Origin: Leptogorgia sarmentosa
Lineage: Eukaryota
Assembly (NCBI GenBank): GCA_964658305.1
Contig: OZ210884.1
Span: 434,001 to 498,000, forward strand
Direction: 5' to 3'
DNA length: 64,000 nucleotides
Part shown: piece after piece, positions 49,201 through 64,000 of the stretch
Layout: each line of letters begins with the position of its first letter
Position numbering within the stretch: position 1 is the stretch's first letter
Notes under the pieces: model-generated
Told to the model about the DNA's origin: nothing
Seen by the model: the letters and a program-made list of their open reading frames with translations, nothing else
The model's database searches: none
Position numbers and translations under genes: made by a program

Positions 49201-52200
49201 GTTTTAAAATTTCAAACATTAGTCAAAATCATGATCATTTTCCACACATTTTCCAACTTCGTACGAACAAATCAAAATCATTGTTATCAATGTAAACACA
49301 CTCTGCAGCATCACTGGAGGGAGATTTTTAGCATCTGAAGAATTTTAAAATTTCAAACATTAGTCAAAATCATGATCATTTTCGACACATTTTCCAACTT
49401 CGTACGAACAAATCAAAATCATTGTTATCAATGTAAACACACTATGCAGCATCACTGGAGGGAGATTTTTAGCATCTGAAGAGTTTTAAAATTTCAAACA
49501 TTAGTCAAAATCATGATCATTTTCGACACATTTTCCAACTTCGTACGAACAAATCAAAATCATTGTTATCAATGTAAACACACTCTGCAGCATCACTGGA
49601 GGGAGATTTTTAGCATCTGAAGAGTTTTAAAATTTCAAACATTAGTCAAAATCATGATCATTTTCGACACATTTTCCAACTTCGTACGAACAAATCAAAA
49701 TCATTGTTATCAATGTAAACACACTCTGCAGCATCACTGGAGGGAGATTTTTAGCATCTGAAGAGTTTTAAAATTTCAAACATTATTCAAAATCATGATC
49801 ATTTTCGACACATTTTCCAACTTCGTACGAACAAATTAAAATCATTGTTATCAATGTAAACACACTATGCAGCATCACTGGAGGGAGATTTTTAGCATCT
49901 GAAGAGTTTTAAAATTTCAAACATTAGTCAAAATCATGATCATTTTCGACACATTTTCCAACTTCGTACGAACAAATCAAAATCATTGTTATCAATGTAA
50001 ACACACTCTGCAACATCGCTAGAGTGTGATTTTTGGCATTTGAAGAGTTTTAAAATTTCAAACTTTATTTAAATTCATGATCATTTTTGACACATTTTCC
50101 AACTTCGTATGAACAAATCAAAATCATTATTATCAATGCAAACATACTCTGCAGCATCACTGGAGGGAGATTTTTAGCATCTGAAGAGTTTTAAATTTCA
50201 AACATTAGTCAAAATCATGATCATTTTCGACACATTTTCCAACTTCGTCCGAACAAATCAAAATCATTATTATCAATGTAAACACACTCTGCAGCATCAC
50301 TGGAGGGAGATTTTTAGCATCTGAAGAGTTTTAAAATTTCAAACATTATTCAAAATCATGATCATTTTCGACACATTTTCCAACTTCGTACGAACAAATC
50401 AAAATCATTGTTATCAATGTAAACACACTCTGCAGCATCACTGGAGGGAGATTTTTAGCATCTGAAGAGTTTTAAAATTTCAAACATTAGTCAAAATCAT
50501 GATCATTTTCGACACATTTTCCAACTTCGTACGAACAAATCAAAATCATTGTTATCAATGTAAACACACTCTGCAACATCGCTAGAGTGTGATTTTTGGC
50601 ATTTGAAGAGTTTTAAAATTTCAAACTTTAGTCAAATTCATGATCATTTTTGACAAATTTTCCAACTTCGTATGAACAAATCAAAATCATTATTATCAAT
50701 GTAAACACACTCTGCAGCATCACTGGAGGGAGATTTTCAGCATCTGAAGAGTTTTAAAATTTCAAACATTAGTCAAAATCATGATCATTTTCCACACATT
50801 TTCCAACTTCGTACGAACAAATCAAAATCATTGTTATCAATGTAAACACACTCTGCAGCATCACTGGAGGGAGATTTTTAGCATCTGAAGAATTTTAAAA
50901 TTTCAAACATTAGTCAAAATCATGATCATTTTCGACACATTTTCCAACTTCGTACGAACAAATCAAAATCATTGTTATCAATGTAAACACACTATGCAGC
51001 ATCACTGGAGGGAGATTTTTAGCATCTGAAGAGTTTTAAAATTTCAAACATTAGTCAAAATCATGATCATTTTCGACACATTTTCCAACTTCGTACGAAC
51101 AAATCAAAATCATTGTTATCAATGTAAACACACTCTGCAGCATCACTGGAGGGAGATTTTTAGCATCTGAAGGGTTTTAAAATTTCAAACATTAGTCAAA
51201 ATCATGATCATTTTCGACACATTTTCCAACTTCGTACGAACAAATCAAAATCATTGTTATCAATGTAAACACACTCTGCAGCATCACTGGAGGGAGATTT
51301 TTAGCATCTGAAGAGTTTTAAAATTTCAAACATTAGTCAAAATCATGATCATTTTCGACACATTTTCCAACTTCGTACGAACAAATTAAAATCATTGTTA
51401 TCAATGTAAACACACTATGCAGCATCACTGGAGGGAGATTTTTAGCATCTGAAGAGTTTTAAAATTTCAAACATTAGTCAAAATCATGATCATTTTCGAC
51501 ACATTTTCCAACTTCGTACGAACAAATGAAAATCATTGTTATCAATGTAAACACACTCTGCAACATCGCTAGAGTGTGATTTTTGGCATTTGAAGAGTTT
51601 TAAAATTTCAAACTTTATTCAAATTCATGATCATTTTTGACACATTTTCCAACTTCGTATGAACAAATCAAAATCATTGTTATCAATATAAACACACTCT
51701 GCAACATCGCTAGAGTGTGATTTTTGGCATTTGAAGAGTTTTAAAATTTCAAACTTTATTCAAATTCATGATCATTTTTGACACATTTTCCAACTTCGTA
51801 TGAACAAATCAAAATCATTATTATCAATGTAAACACACTCTGCAGCATCACTTGAGGGAGATTTTTAGCATCTGAAGAGTTTTAAAATTTCAAACATTAT
51901 TCAAAATCATGATCATTTTCGACACATTTTCCAACTTCGTACGAACAAATCAAAATCATTGTTATCAATGTAAACACACTCTGCAACATCGCTAGAGTGT
52001 GATTTTTGGCATTTGAAGAGTTTTAAAATTTCAAACTTTATTCAAATTCATGATCATTTTTGACACATTTTCCAACTTCGTATGAACAAATCAAAATCAT
52101 TATTATCAATATAAACACATTCTGCAGCATCACTGGAGGGAGATTTTTAGCATCTGAAGAGTTTTAAAATTTCAAACATTAGTCAAAATCATGATCATTT

Positions 52201-55200
52201 TCGACACATTTTCCAACTTCGTACGAACAAATCAAAATCATTGTTATCAATGTAAACACACTCTGCAACATCGCTAGAGTGTGATTTTTTGCATTTGAAG
52301 AGTTTAAAATTTCAAACTTTAGTCAAATTCATGATCATTTTTGACAAATTTTCCAACTTCGTATGAACAAATCAAAATCATTATTATCAATGTAAACACA
52401 CTCTGCAGCATCACTGGAGGGAGATTTTTAGCATCTGATGAGTTTTAAAATTTCAAACATTAGTCAAATTCAAGATCATTTTTGACACATTTTCCAACTT
52501 CGTATGAACAAATCAAAATCATTATTATCAATGTAAACACACCCTGCAGCATCACTGGAGGGAGATTTTTAGCATCTGAAGAGTTTTAAAATTTCAAACA
52601 TTAGTCAAAATCATGATCATTTTCGACACATTTTACAACTTCGTACGAACAAATCAAAATCATTGTTATCAATGTAAATACACTACGCAGCATCACTGGA
52701 GGGAGATTTTTAGCATCTGAAGAGTTTTAAAATTTCAAACATTAGTCAAAATCATGATCATTTTCGACACATTTTCCAACTTCGTACGAACAAATCAAAA
52801 TCATTGTTATCAATGTAAACACACTCTGCAACATCGCTAGAGTGTGATTTTTGGCATTTGAAGAGTTTTAAAATTTCAAACTTTATTGAAATTCATGATC
52901 ATTTTTGACACATTTTCCAACTTCGTATGAACAAATCAAAATCATTATTATCAATGTAAACATACTCTGCAGCATCACTGGAGGGAGATTTTTAGCATCT
53001 GAAGAGTTTTAAAATTTCAAACATTAGTCAAAATCATGATCATTTTCGACACATTTTCCAACTTCGTACGAACAAATCAAAATCATTGTTATCAATGTAA
53101 ACACACTCTGCAACATCGCTAGAGTGTGATTTTTGGCATTTGAAGAGTTTTAAAATTTCAAACTTTATTCAAATTCATGATCATTTTTGACACATTTTCC
53201 AACTTCGTATGAACAAATCAAAATCATTGTTATCAATGTAAACACACTCTGCAGCATCACTGGAGGGAGATTTTTAGCATCTGAAGAGTTTTAAAATTTC
53301 AAACATTAGTCAAAATCATGATCATTTTCGACACATTTTCCAACTTCGTACGAACAAATCAAAATCATTGTTATCAATGTAAACACACTCTGCAGCATCA
53401 CTGGAGGGAGATTTTTAGCATCTGAAGAGTTTTAAAATTTCAAACATTAGTCAAAATCATGATCATTTTCGACACATTTTCCAACTTCGTACGAACAAAT
53501 TAAAATCATTGTTATCAATGTAAACACACTATGCAGCATCACTGGAGGGAGATTTTTAGCATCTGAAGAGTTTTAAAATTTCAAACATTAGTCAAAATCA
53601 TGATCATTTTCGACACATTTTCCAACTTCGTACGAACAAATCAAAATCATTGTTATCAATGTAAACACACTCTGCAACATCGCTAGAGTGTGATTTTTGG
53701 CATTTGAAGAGTTTTAAAATTTCAAACTTTATTCAAATTCATGATCATTTTTGATACATTTTCCAACTTCGTATGAACAAATCAAAATCATTATTATCAA
53801 TGTAAACACACTCTGCAGCATCACTTGAGGGAGATTTTTAGCATCTGAAGAGTTTTAAAATTTCAAACATTATTCAAAATCATGATCATTTTCGACACAT
53901 TTTCCAACTTCGTACGAACAAATCAAAATCATTGTTATCAATGTAAACACACTCTGCAACATCGCTAGAGTGTGATTTTTGGCATTTGAAGAGTTTTAAA
54001 ATTTCAAACTTTATTCAAATTCATGATCATTTTTCACACATTTTCCAACTTCGTATGAACAAATCAAAATCATTATTATCAATATAAACACATTCTGCAG
54101 CATCACTGGAGGGAAATTTTTAGCATCTGAAGAGTTTCAAAATTTCAAACATTAGTCAAAATCATGATCATTTTCGACACATTTTCCAACTTCGTACGAA
54201 CAAATCAAAATCATTGTTATCAATGTAAACACACTCTGCAACATCGCTAGAGTGTGATTTTTTGCATTTGAAGAGTTTAAAATTTCAAACTTTAGTCAAA
54301 TTCATGATCATTTTTGACAAATTTTCCAACTTCGTATGAACAAATCAAAATCATTATTATCAGTGTAAACACACTCTGCAGCATCACTGGAGGGAGATTT
54401 TTAGCATCTGATGAGTTTTAAAATTTCAAACATTAGTCAAATTCATGATCATTTTTGACACATTTTCCAACTTCGTATGAACAAATCAAAATCATTATTA
54501 TCAATGTAAACACACCCTGCAGCATCACTGGAGGGAGATTTTTAGCATCTGAAGAGTTTTAAAATTTCAAACATTAGTCAAAATCATGATCATTTTCGAC
54601 ACATTTTACAACTTCGTACGAACAAATCAAAATCATTGTTATCAATGTAAATACACTACGCAGCATCACTGGAGGGAGATTTTTAGCATATGAAGAGTTT
54701 TAAAATTTCAAACATTAGTCAAAATCATGATCATTTTCGACACATTTTCCAACTTCGTACGAACAATTCAAAATCATTGTTATCAATGTAAACACACTCT
54801 GCAACATCGCTAGAGTGTGATTTTTGGCATTTGAAGAGTTTTAAAATTTCAAACTTTATTGAAATTCATGATCATTTTTGACACATTTTCCAACTTCGTA
54901 TGAACAAATCAAAATCATTATTATCAATGTAAACATACTCTGCAGCATCACTGGAGGGAGATTTTTAGCATCTGAAGAGTTTTAAAATTTCAAACATTTG
55001 TCAAAATCATGATCATTTTCGACACATTTTCCAACTTCGTCCGAACAAATCAAAATCATTATTATCAATGTAAACACACTCTGCAGCATCACTGGAGGGA
55101 GATTTTTAGCATCTGAAGAGTTTTAAAATTTCAAACATTATTCAAAATCATGATCATTTTCGACACATTTTCCAACTTCGTACTAACAAATCAAAATCAT

Positions 55201-58200
55201 TGTTATCAATGTAAACACACTCTGCAACATCGCTAGAGTGTGATTTTTGGCATTTGAAGAGTTTTAAAATTTCAAACTTTATTCAAATTCATGATCATTT
55301 TGACAAATTTTCCAACTTCGTATGAACAAATCAAAATCATTATTATCAATATAAACACACTCTGCAGCATCACTGGAGGGAGATTTTTAGCATCTGAAGA
55401 GTTTTAAAATTTCAAACATTAGTCAAAATCATGATCATTTTCGACACATTTTCCAACTTCGTACGAACAAATCAAAATCATTGTTATCAATGTAAACACA
55501 CTCTGCAACATCGCTAGAGTGTGATTTTTGGCATTTGAAGAGTTTTAAAATTTCAAACATTAGTCAAAATCATGATCATTTTCGACACATTTTCCAACTT
55601 CGTACGAACAAATCAAAATCATTGTTATCAATGTAAACACACTCTGCAACATCGCTAGAGTGTGATTTTTGGCATTTGAAGAGTTTTAAAATATCAAACT
55701 TTAGTCAAATTCATGATCATTTTTGACACATTTTCCAACTTCGTATGAACAAATCAAAATCATTATTATCAATGTAAACACACTATGCAGCATCACTGGA
55801 GGGAGATTTTTAGCATCTGAAGAGTTTTAAAATTTCAAACATTAGTCAAAATGATGATCATTTTCGACACATTTTCCAACTTCGTACGAAGAAATCAAAA
55901 TCATTGTTATCTATGTAAACACACTCTGCAAGAACGCTAGAGTGTGATTTTTGGCATTTGAAGAGTTTTAAAATTTCAAACTTTAGTCAAATTCATGATC
56001 ATTTTAGACACATTTTCCAATTTCGTATGAACAAATCAAAATCATTATTATCAATATAAACACACTCTGCAGCATCACTGGAGGGAGATTTTTAGCATCT
56101 GAAGAGTTTTAAAATTTCAAACATTAGTCAAAATCATGATCATTTTCGACACATTTTCCAACTTCGTACGAACAAATCAAAATCATTATTATCAATGTAA
56201 ACACACTATGCAGCATCACTGGAGGGAGATTTTTAGCATCTAAAGAGTTTTAAAATTTCAAACATTAGTCAAAATGATGATCATTTTCAACAAATTTTCC
56301 AACTTCGAACGAACAAATCAAAATCATTGTTATCTATGTAAACACACTCTGCAACATCGCTAGAGTGTGATTTTTGGCATTTGAAGAGTTTTAATATTTC
56401 AAACTTTATTGAAATTCATGATCATTTTTGACACATTTTCCAACTTCGTATGAACAAATCAAAATCATTATTATCAATGTAAACATACTCTGCAGCATCA
56501 CTGGAGGGAGATTTTTAGCATCTGAAGAGTTTTAAAATTTCAAACATTTGTCAAAATCATGATCATTTTCGACCCATTTTCCAACTTCGTCCGAACAAAT
56601 CAAAATCATTATTATCAATGTAAACACACTCTGCAGCATCACTGGAGGGAGATTTTTAGCATCTGAAGAGTTTTAAAATTTCAAACATTATTCAAAATCA
56701 TGATCATTTTCGACACATTTTCCAACTTCGTACTAACAAATCAAAATCATTGTTATCAATGTAAACACACTCTACAACATCGCTATGGTGTGATTTTTGG
56801 CATTTGAAGAGTTTTAAAATTTCAAACATTAGTCAAAATCATGATCATTTTCGACACATTTTCCAACTTCGTACGAACAAATCAAAATCATTGTTATCAA
56901 TGTAAACACACTCTGCAACATCGCTAGAGTGTGATTTTTGGCATTTGAAGAGTTTCAAAATTTCAAACTTTAGTCAAATTCATGATCATTTTTGACACAT
57001 TTTCCAACTTCGTATGAACAAATCAAAATCATTATTATCAATGTAAACACACTATGCAGCATCACTGGAGGGAGATTTTTAGCATCTGAAGAGTTTTAAA
57101 ATTTCAAACATTAGTCAAAATCATGATCATTTTCGACACATTTTCCAACTTCGTACGAACAAATCAAAATCATTGTTATCAATGTAAACACACTCTGCAG
57201 CATCACTGGAGGGAGATTTTTAGCATCTGAAGAGTTTTAAAATTTCAAACATTAGTCAAAATCATGCTCATTTTCGACACGTTTTCCAACTTCGTATGAA
57301 CAAATCAAAATCATTATTATCAATGTAAACACACTATGCAGCATCACTGGAGGGAGATTTTTAGGATCTGAAGAGTTTTAAAATTTCAAACATTAGTCAA
57401 AATCATGATCATTTTCGACACATTTTCCAACTTCGTACGAACAAATCAAAATCATTGTTATCAATGTAAACACACTCTGCAGCATCACTGGAGGGAGATT
57501 TTTAGCATCTGAAGAGTTTTAAAATTTCAAACATTAGTCAAAATCATGATCATTTTCGACACATTTTCCAACTTCGTACGAACAAATCAAAATCATTGTT
57601 ATCAATGTAAACACACTCTGCAGCATCACTGGAGGGAGATTTTTAGCATCTGAAGAGTTTTAAAATTTCAAACATTAGTCAAAATCATGCTCATTTTCGA
57701 CACGTTTTCCAACTTCGTAGGAACAAATCAAAATCATTATTATCAATGTAAACACACTCTGGAACATCGCTAGAGTGGGATTTTTGGCATTTGAAGAGTT
57801 TTAAAATTTGAAACATTAGTCAAAATCATGATCATTTTCGACACATTTTCCAACTTCGTACGAACAAATCAAAATCATTGTTATCAATGTAAACACACTC
57901 TGCAACATCGCTAGAGTGTGATTTTTGGCATTTGAAGAGTTTCAAAATTTCAAACTTTAGTCAAATTCATGATCATTTTTGACACATTTTCCAACTTCGT
58001 ATGAACAAATCAAAATCATTATTATCAATGTAAACACACTATGCAGCATCACTGGAGGGAGATTTTTAGCATCTGAAGAGTTTTAAAATTTCAAACATTA
58101 GTCAAAATCATGATCATTTTCGACACATTTTCCAACTTCGTACGAACAAATCAAAATCATTGTTATCAATGTAAACACACTCTGCAGCATCACTGGAGGG

Positions 58201-61200
58201 AGATTTTTAGCATCTGAAGAGTTTTAAAATTTCAAACATTAGTCAAAATCATGCTCATTTTCGACACGTTTTCCAACTTCGTATGAACAAATCAAAATCA
58301 TTATTATCAATGTAAACACACTATGCAGCATCACTGGAGGGAGATTTTTAGGATCTGAATAGTTTTAAAATTTCAAACATTAGTCAAAATCATGATCATT
58401 TTCGACACATTTTCCAACTTCGTACGAACAAATCAAAATCATTGTTATCAATGTAAACACACTCTGCAGCATCACTGGAGGGAGATTTTTAGCATCTGAA
58501 GAGTTTTAAAATTTCAAACATTAGTCAAAATCATGATCATTTTCGACACATTTTCCAACTTCGTACGAACAAATCAAAATCATTGTTATCAATGTAAACA
58601 CACTCTGCAGCATCACTGGAGGGAGATTTTTAGCATCTGAAGAGTTTTAAAATTTCAAACATTAGTCAAAATCATGCTCATTTTCGACACGTTTTCCAAC
58701 TTCGTAGGAACAAATCAAAATCATTGTTATCAATGTAAACACACTCTGCAACATCGCTAGAGTGTGATTTTTGGCATTTGAAGAGTTTTAAAATTTCAAA
58801 CTTTAGTCAAATTCATGATCATTTTTGACACATTTTCCAACTTCGTATGAACAAATCAAAATCATTATTATCAATGTAAACACACTCTGCAGCATCACTG
58901 GAGGGAGATTTTTAGCATCTGAAGAGTTTTAAAATTTCAAACATTAGTCAAAATCATGATCAATTTCGACACATTTTCCAACTTCGTACGAACAAATCAA
59001 AATCATTGTTATCAATGTAAACACACTCTGCAGCATCACTGGAGGGAGATTTTTAGCATCTGAAGAGTTTTAAAATTTCAAACATTAGTCAAAATCATGC
59101 TCATTTTCGACACGTTTTCCAACTTCGTAGGAACAAATCAAAATCATTGTTATCAATGTAAACACACTCTGCAACATCGCTAGAGTGTGATTTTTGGCAT
59201 TTGAAGAGTTTTAAAATTTCAAACTTTAGTCAAATTCATGATCATTTTTGACACATTTTCCAACTTCGTAGGAACAAATCAAAATCATTGTTATCAATGT
59301 AAACACACTCTGCAGCATCACTGGAGGGAGATTTTTAGCATCTGAAGAGTTTTAAAATTTCAAACATTAGTCAAAATCATGCTCATTTTCGACACATTTT
59401 CCAACTTCGTACGAACAAATCAAAATCATTGTTATCAATGTAAACACACTCTGCAACATCGCAAGAGTGTGATTTTTGGCATTTGAAGAGTTTTAAAATT
59501 TCAAACTTTATTCAAATTTCATTTTTGACACATTTTCCAACTTCGTATGAACAAATCAAAATCATTATTATCAATGTAAACACACTATGCAGCATCACTG
59601 CAGGGAGATTTTTAGCATCTGAAGAGTTTTAAAATTTCAAACATTAGTCAAAATCATGATCATTTTCGACACATTTTCCAACTTCGTACGAACAAATCAA
59701 AATCATTGTTATCAATGTAAACACACTCTGCAACATCGCTAGAGTGTGATTTTTGGCATTTGAAGAGTTTTAAAATTTCAAACTTTATTCAAATTTCATT
59801 TTTGACACATTTTCCAACTTCGTATGAACAAATCAAAATCATTATTATCAATGTAAACACACTATGCAGCATCACTGCAGGGAGATTTTTAGCATCTGAA
59901 GAGTTTTAATATTTCAAACATTAGTCAAAATCATGATCATTTTCGACACATTTTCCAACTTCGTACGAACAAATCAAAATCATTGTTATCTATGTAAACA
60001 CACTATGCAGCATCACTGGGGGGAGATTTTTAGCATCTGAAGAGTTTTAAAATTTCAAACATTAGTCAAAATCATGATCATTTTCGACATATTTTCCAAC
60101 TTCGTACGAACAAATCAAAATCATTGTTATCAATGTAAACACACTCTGCGACATCGCTAGAGTGTGATTTTTGGCATGTGAAGAGTTTTAAAATTTCAAA
60201 CTTTAGTCAAATTCATGATCATTTTTGACAAATTTTCCAACTTCGTATGAACAAATCAAAATCATTATTATCAATGTAAACACACTCTGCAGCATCACTG
60301 GAGGGAGATTTTTAGCATCTGAAGAGTTTTAAAATTTCAAACATTAGTCAAAATCATGCTCATTTTCGACACATTTTCCAACTACGTACGAACAAATCAA
60401 AATCATTGTTATCAATGTAAACACACTCTGCAACATCGCTAAGGTGTGATTTTTGGCATTTGAAGAGTTTTAAAATTTCAAACTTTAGTCAAATTCATGA
60501 TCATTTTTGACACATTTCCCAACTTCGTGTGAACAAATCAAAATCATAATTATCAATGTAAACACACTCTGCAACATCGCTAGAGTGTGATTTTTGGCAT
60601 TTGAAGAGTTTTAAAATTTCAAACTTTATTCAAATTTCATTTTTGACACATTTTCCAACTTCCTATGAACAAATCAAAATCATTATTATCAATGTAAACA
60701 CACTCTGCAGCATCACTGGAGGGAGATTTTTAGCATCTGAAGAGTTTTAAAATTTCAAACATTAGTCAAAATCATGATCATTTTCGACACATTTTCCAAC
60801 TTCGCATGAACAAATGAAAATCATTATTATCAATGTAAACACACTATGCAGCATCACTGGAGGGAGATTTTTAGCATCTGAAGAGTTTTAAAATTTCAAA
60901 CATTAGTCAAAATGATGATCATTTTCGACACATTTTCAAACTTCGTACGAAGAAATCAAAATCATTGTTATCTATGTAAACACACTCTGCAAGAACGCTA
61001 GAGTGTGATTTTAGGCATTTGAAGAGTTTTAAAATTTCAAACTTTAGTCAAATTCATGATCATTTTAGACACATTTTCCAACTTCGTATGAACAAATCAA
61101 AATTATTATTATCAATATAAACACACTCTGCAGCATCACTGGAGGGAGATTTTTAGCATCTGAAGAGTTTTAAATTTTCAAACATTAGTCAAAATCATGA

Positions 61201-64000
61201 TCATTTTCGACACATTTTCTAACTTCGTACGAACAAATCAAAATCATTGTTATCAATGTAAACACACTCTGGAACATCGCTAGAGTGGGATTTTTGGCAT
61301 TTGAAGAGTTTTAAAATTTGAAACATTAGTCAAAATCATGATCATTTTCGACACATTTTCCAACTTCGTAATAACAAATCAAAATCATTATTATCAATGT
61401 AAACACACTCTGCAACATCGCTAGAGTGTGATTTTTGGCATTTGAAGAGTTTTAAAATTTCAAACTTTAGTCAAATTCATGATCATTTTTGACACATTTT
61501 CCAACTTCGTATGAACAAATCAAAATCATTATTATCAATGTAAACACACTATGCAGCATCACTGGAGGGAGATTTTTAGCATCTGAAGAGTTTTAAAGTT
61601 TCAAACATTAGTCAAAATGATGATCATTTTTGACACATTTTCCAACTTAGTACGAACAAATCAAAATCATTGTTATCTATGTAAACACACTCTGCAAGAA
61701 CGCTAGAGTGTGATTTTTGGCATTTGAAGAGTTTTAAAATTTCAAACTTTAGTCAAATTCATGATCATTTTAGACACATTTTCCAACTTCGTATGAACAA
61801 ATCAAAATCATTATTATCAATGTAAACACATTCTGTAGCATCACTGGAGGGAGATTTTTAGCATCTGAAGAGTTTTAAAATTTCAAACATTAGTCAAAAT
61901 CATGATCATTTTCGACACATTTTCCAACTTGGTACGAACAAATCAAAATCATTGTTATCTATGTAAACACACTCTGCAAGAACGCTAGAGTGTGATTTTT
62001 GGCATTTGAAGAGTTTTAAAATTTCAAACTTTAGTCAAATTCATGATCATTTTAGACACATTTTCCAACTTCGTATGAACAAATCAAAATCATTATTATC
62101 AATGTAAACACATTCTGTAGCATCACTGGAGGGAGATTTTTAGCATCTGAAGAGTTTTAAAATTTCAAACATTAGTCAAAATCATGATCATTTTCGACAC
62201 ATTTTCCAACTTCGTACGAACAAATCAAAATCATTGTTATCAATGTAAACACACTCTACAACATCGCTATGGTGTGATTTTTGGCATTTGAAGAGTTTTA
62301 AAATTTCAAACATTAGTCAAAATCATGATCATTTTCGACACATTTTCCAACTTCGCATGAACAAATGAAAATCATTATTATCAATGTAAACACACTATGC
62401 AGCATCACTGGAGGGAGATTTTTAGCATCTGAAGAGTTTTAAAATTTCAAACATTAGTCAAAATGATGATCATTTTCGACACATTTTCCAACTTCGTACG
62501 AAGAAATCAAAATCATTGTTATCTATGTAAACACACTCTGCAAGAACGCTAGAGTGTGATTTTAGGCATTTGAAGAGTTTTAAAATTTCAAACTTTAGTC
62601 AAATTCATGATCATTTTAGACACATTTTCCAACTTCGTATGAACAAATCAAAATTATTATTATCAATATAAACACACTCTGCAGCATCACTGAAGGGAGA
62701 TTTTTAGCATCTGAAGAGTTTTAAATTTTCAAACATTAGTCAAAATCATGATCATTTTCGACACATTTTCTAACTTCGTACGAACAAATCAAAATCATTG
62801 TTATCAATGTAAACACACTCTGGAACATCGCTAGAGTGGGATTTTTGGCATTTGAAGAGTTTTAAAATTTGAAACATTAGTCAAAATCATGATCATTTTC
62901 GACACATTTTCCAACTTCGTAATAACAAATCAAAATCATTATTATCAATGTAAACACACTCTGCAACATCGCTAGAGTGTGATTTTTGGCATTTGAAGAG
63001 TTTTAAAATTTCAAACTTTAGTCAAATTCATGATCATTTTTGACACATTTTCCAACTTCGTATGAACAAATCAAAATCATTATTATCAATGTAAACACAC
63101 TATGCAGCATCACTGGAGGGAGATTTTTAGCATCTGAAGAGTTTTAAAGTTTCAAACATTAGTCAAAATGATGATCATTTTCGACACATTTTCCAACTTA
63201 GTACGAACAAATCAAAATCATTGTTATCTATGTAAACACACTCTGCAAGAACGCTAGAGTGTGATTTTTGGCATTTGAAGAGTTTTAAAATTTCAAACTT
63301 TAGTCAAATTCATGATCATTTTAGACACATTTTCCAACTTCGTATGAACAAATCAAAATCATTATTATCAATGTAAACACATTCTGTAGCATCACTGGAG
63401 GGAGATTTTTAGCATCTGAAGAGTTTTAAAATTTCAAACATTAGTCAAAATCATGATCATTTTCGACACATTTTCCAACTTGGTACGAACAAATCAAAAT
63501 CATTGTTATCTATGTAAACACACTCTGCAAGAACGCTAGAGTGTGATTTTTGGCATTTGAAGAGTTTTAAAATTTCAAACTTTAGTCAAATTCATGATCA
63601 TTTTAGACACATTTTCCAACTTCGTATGAACAAATCAAAATCATTATTATCAATGTAAACACATTCTGTAGCATCACTGGAGGGAGATTTTTAGCATCTG
63701 AAGAGTTTTAAAATTTCAAACATTAGTCAAAATCATGATCATTTTCGACACATTTTCCAACTTCGTACGAACAAATCAAAATCATTGTTATCAATGTAAA
63801 CACACTCTACAACATCGCTATGGTGTGATTTTTGGCATTTGAAGAGTTTTAAAATTTCAAACATTAGTCAAAATCATGATCATTTTCGACACATTTTCCA
63901 ACTTCGTACGAACAAATCAAAATCATTGTTATCAATGTAAACACACTCTGCAACATCGCTAGAGTGTGATTTTTGGCATTTGAAGAGTTTCAAAATTTCA

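Larger units (their letters stand above)
10728..64000 (+). repeat. 141-bp tandem satellite array, about 360 head-to-tail monomers, continuing past the window end
   Basis: The period is 141 (TGAAGAG at 10741 and 10882). Class A has GCAGCATCACTGGAGGGAGATTTTTAGCATCTG and class B has GCAACATCGCTAGAGTGTGATTTTTGGCATTTG. No inversion seen. Confidence 0.98.

Noticed and set aside
10728..64000. CRISPR-like repeat/spacer reading of the array
   Set aside because: There are no unique spacers, the variable part has only two main states, no cas genes are present, and the context is eukaryotic.

Overview
Eukaryotic, AT-rich, animal-like DNA with spliceosomal introns and metazoan-type tRNAs; a marine invertebrate source is an inference only. 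The window has three zones. (1) 1-5152 is the right part of an apparently intact AcademH-type DNA transposon. It carries a spliced DUF6589-like transposase on + and a convergent spliced RecQ-family helicase on -, and ends in a hairpin-forming terminus that abuts the 3' half of a tRNA-His gene. (2) 5153-10575 is a shuffled cluster of about 16 tRNA genes, pseudogenes and fragments (His, Asn, Thr, Ser, Cys, Pro, Glu, Gln) built from duplicated cassettes, with two PIF/Harbinger MITEs. (3) About 10728-64000 is a very homogeneous 141-bp tandem satellite of roughly 360 monomers, with two monomer classes and local 7-, 8-, 11-, 16- and 40-mer duplications. It is interrupted by a solo LTR (5-bp TSD), a hAT MITE (8-bp TSD), a 1.1-kb foldback Tc1/mariner-type element (TA TSD) and a 200-N gap. 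The layout looks like the edge of a centromeric or pericentromeric array. I cannot demonstrate a wholly new system. The best leads are the helicase-carrying transposon inserted in a tRNA gene, its hairpin end, an extra module in its transposase, and the tRNA cluster at the satellite edge.
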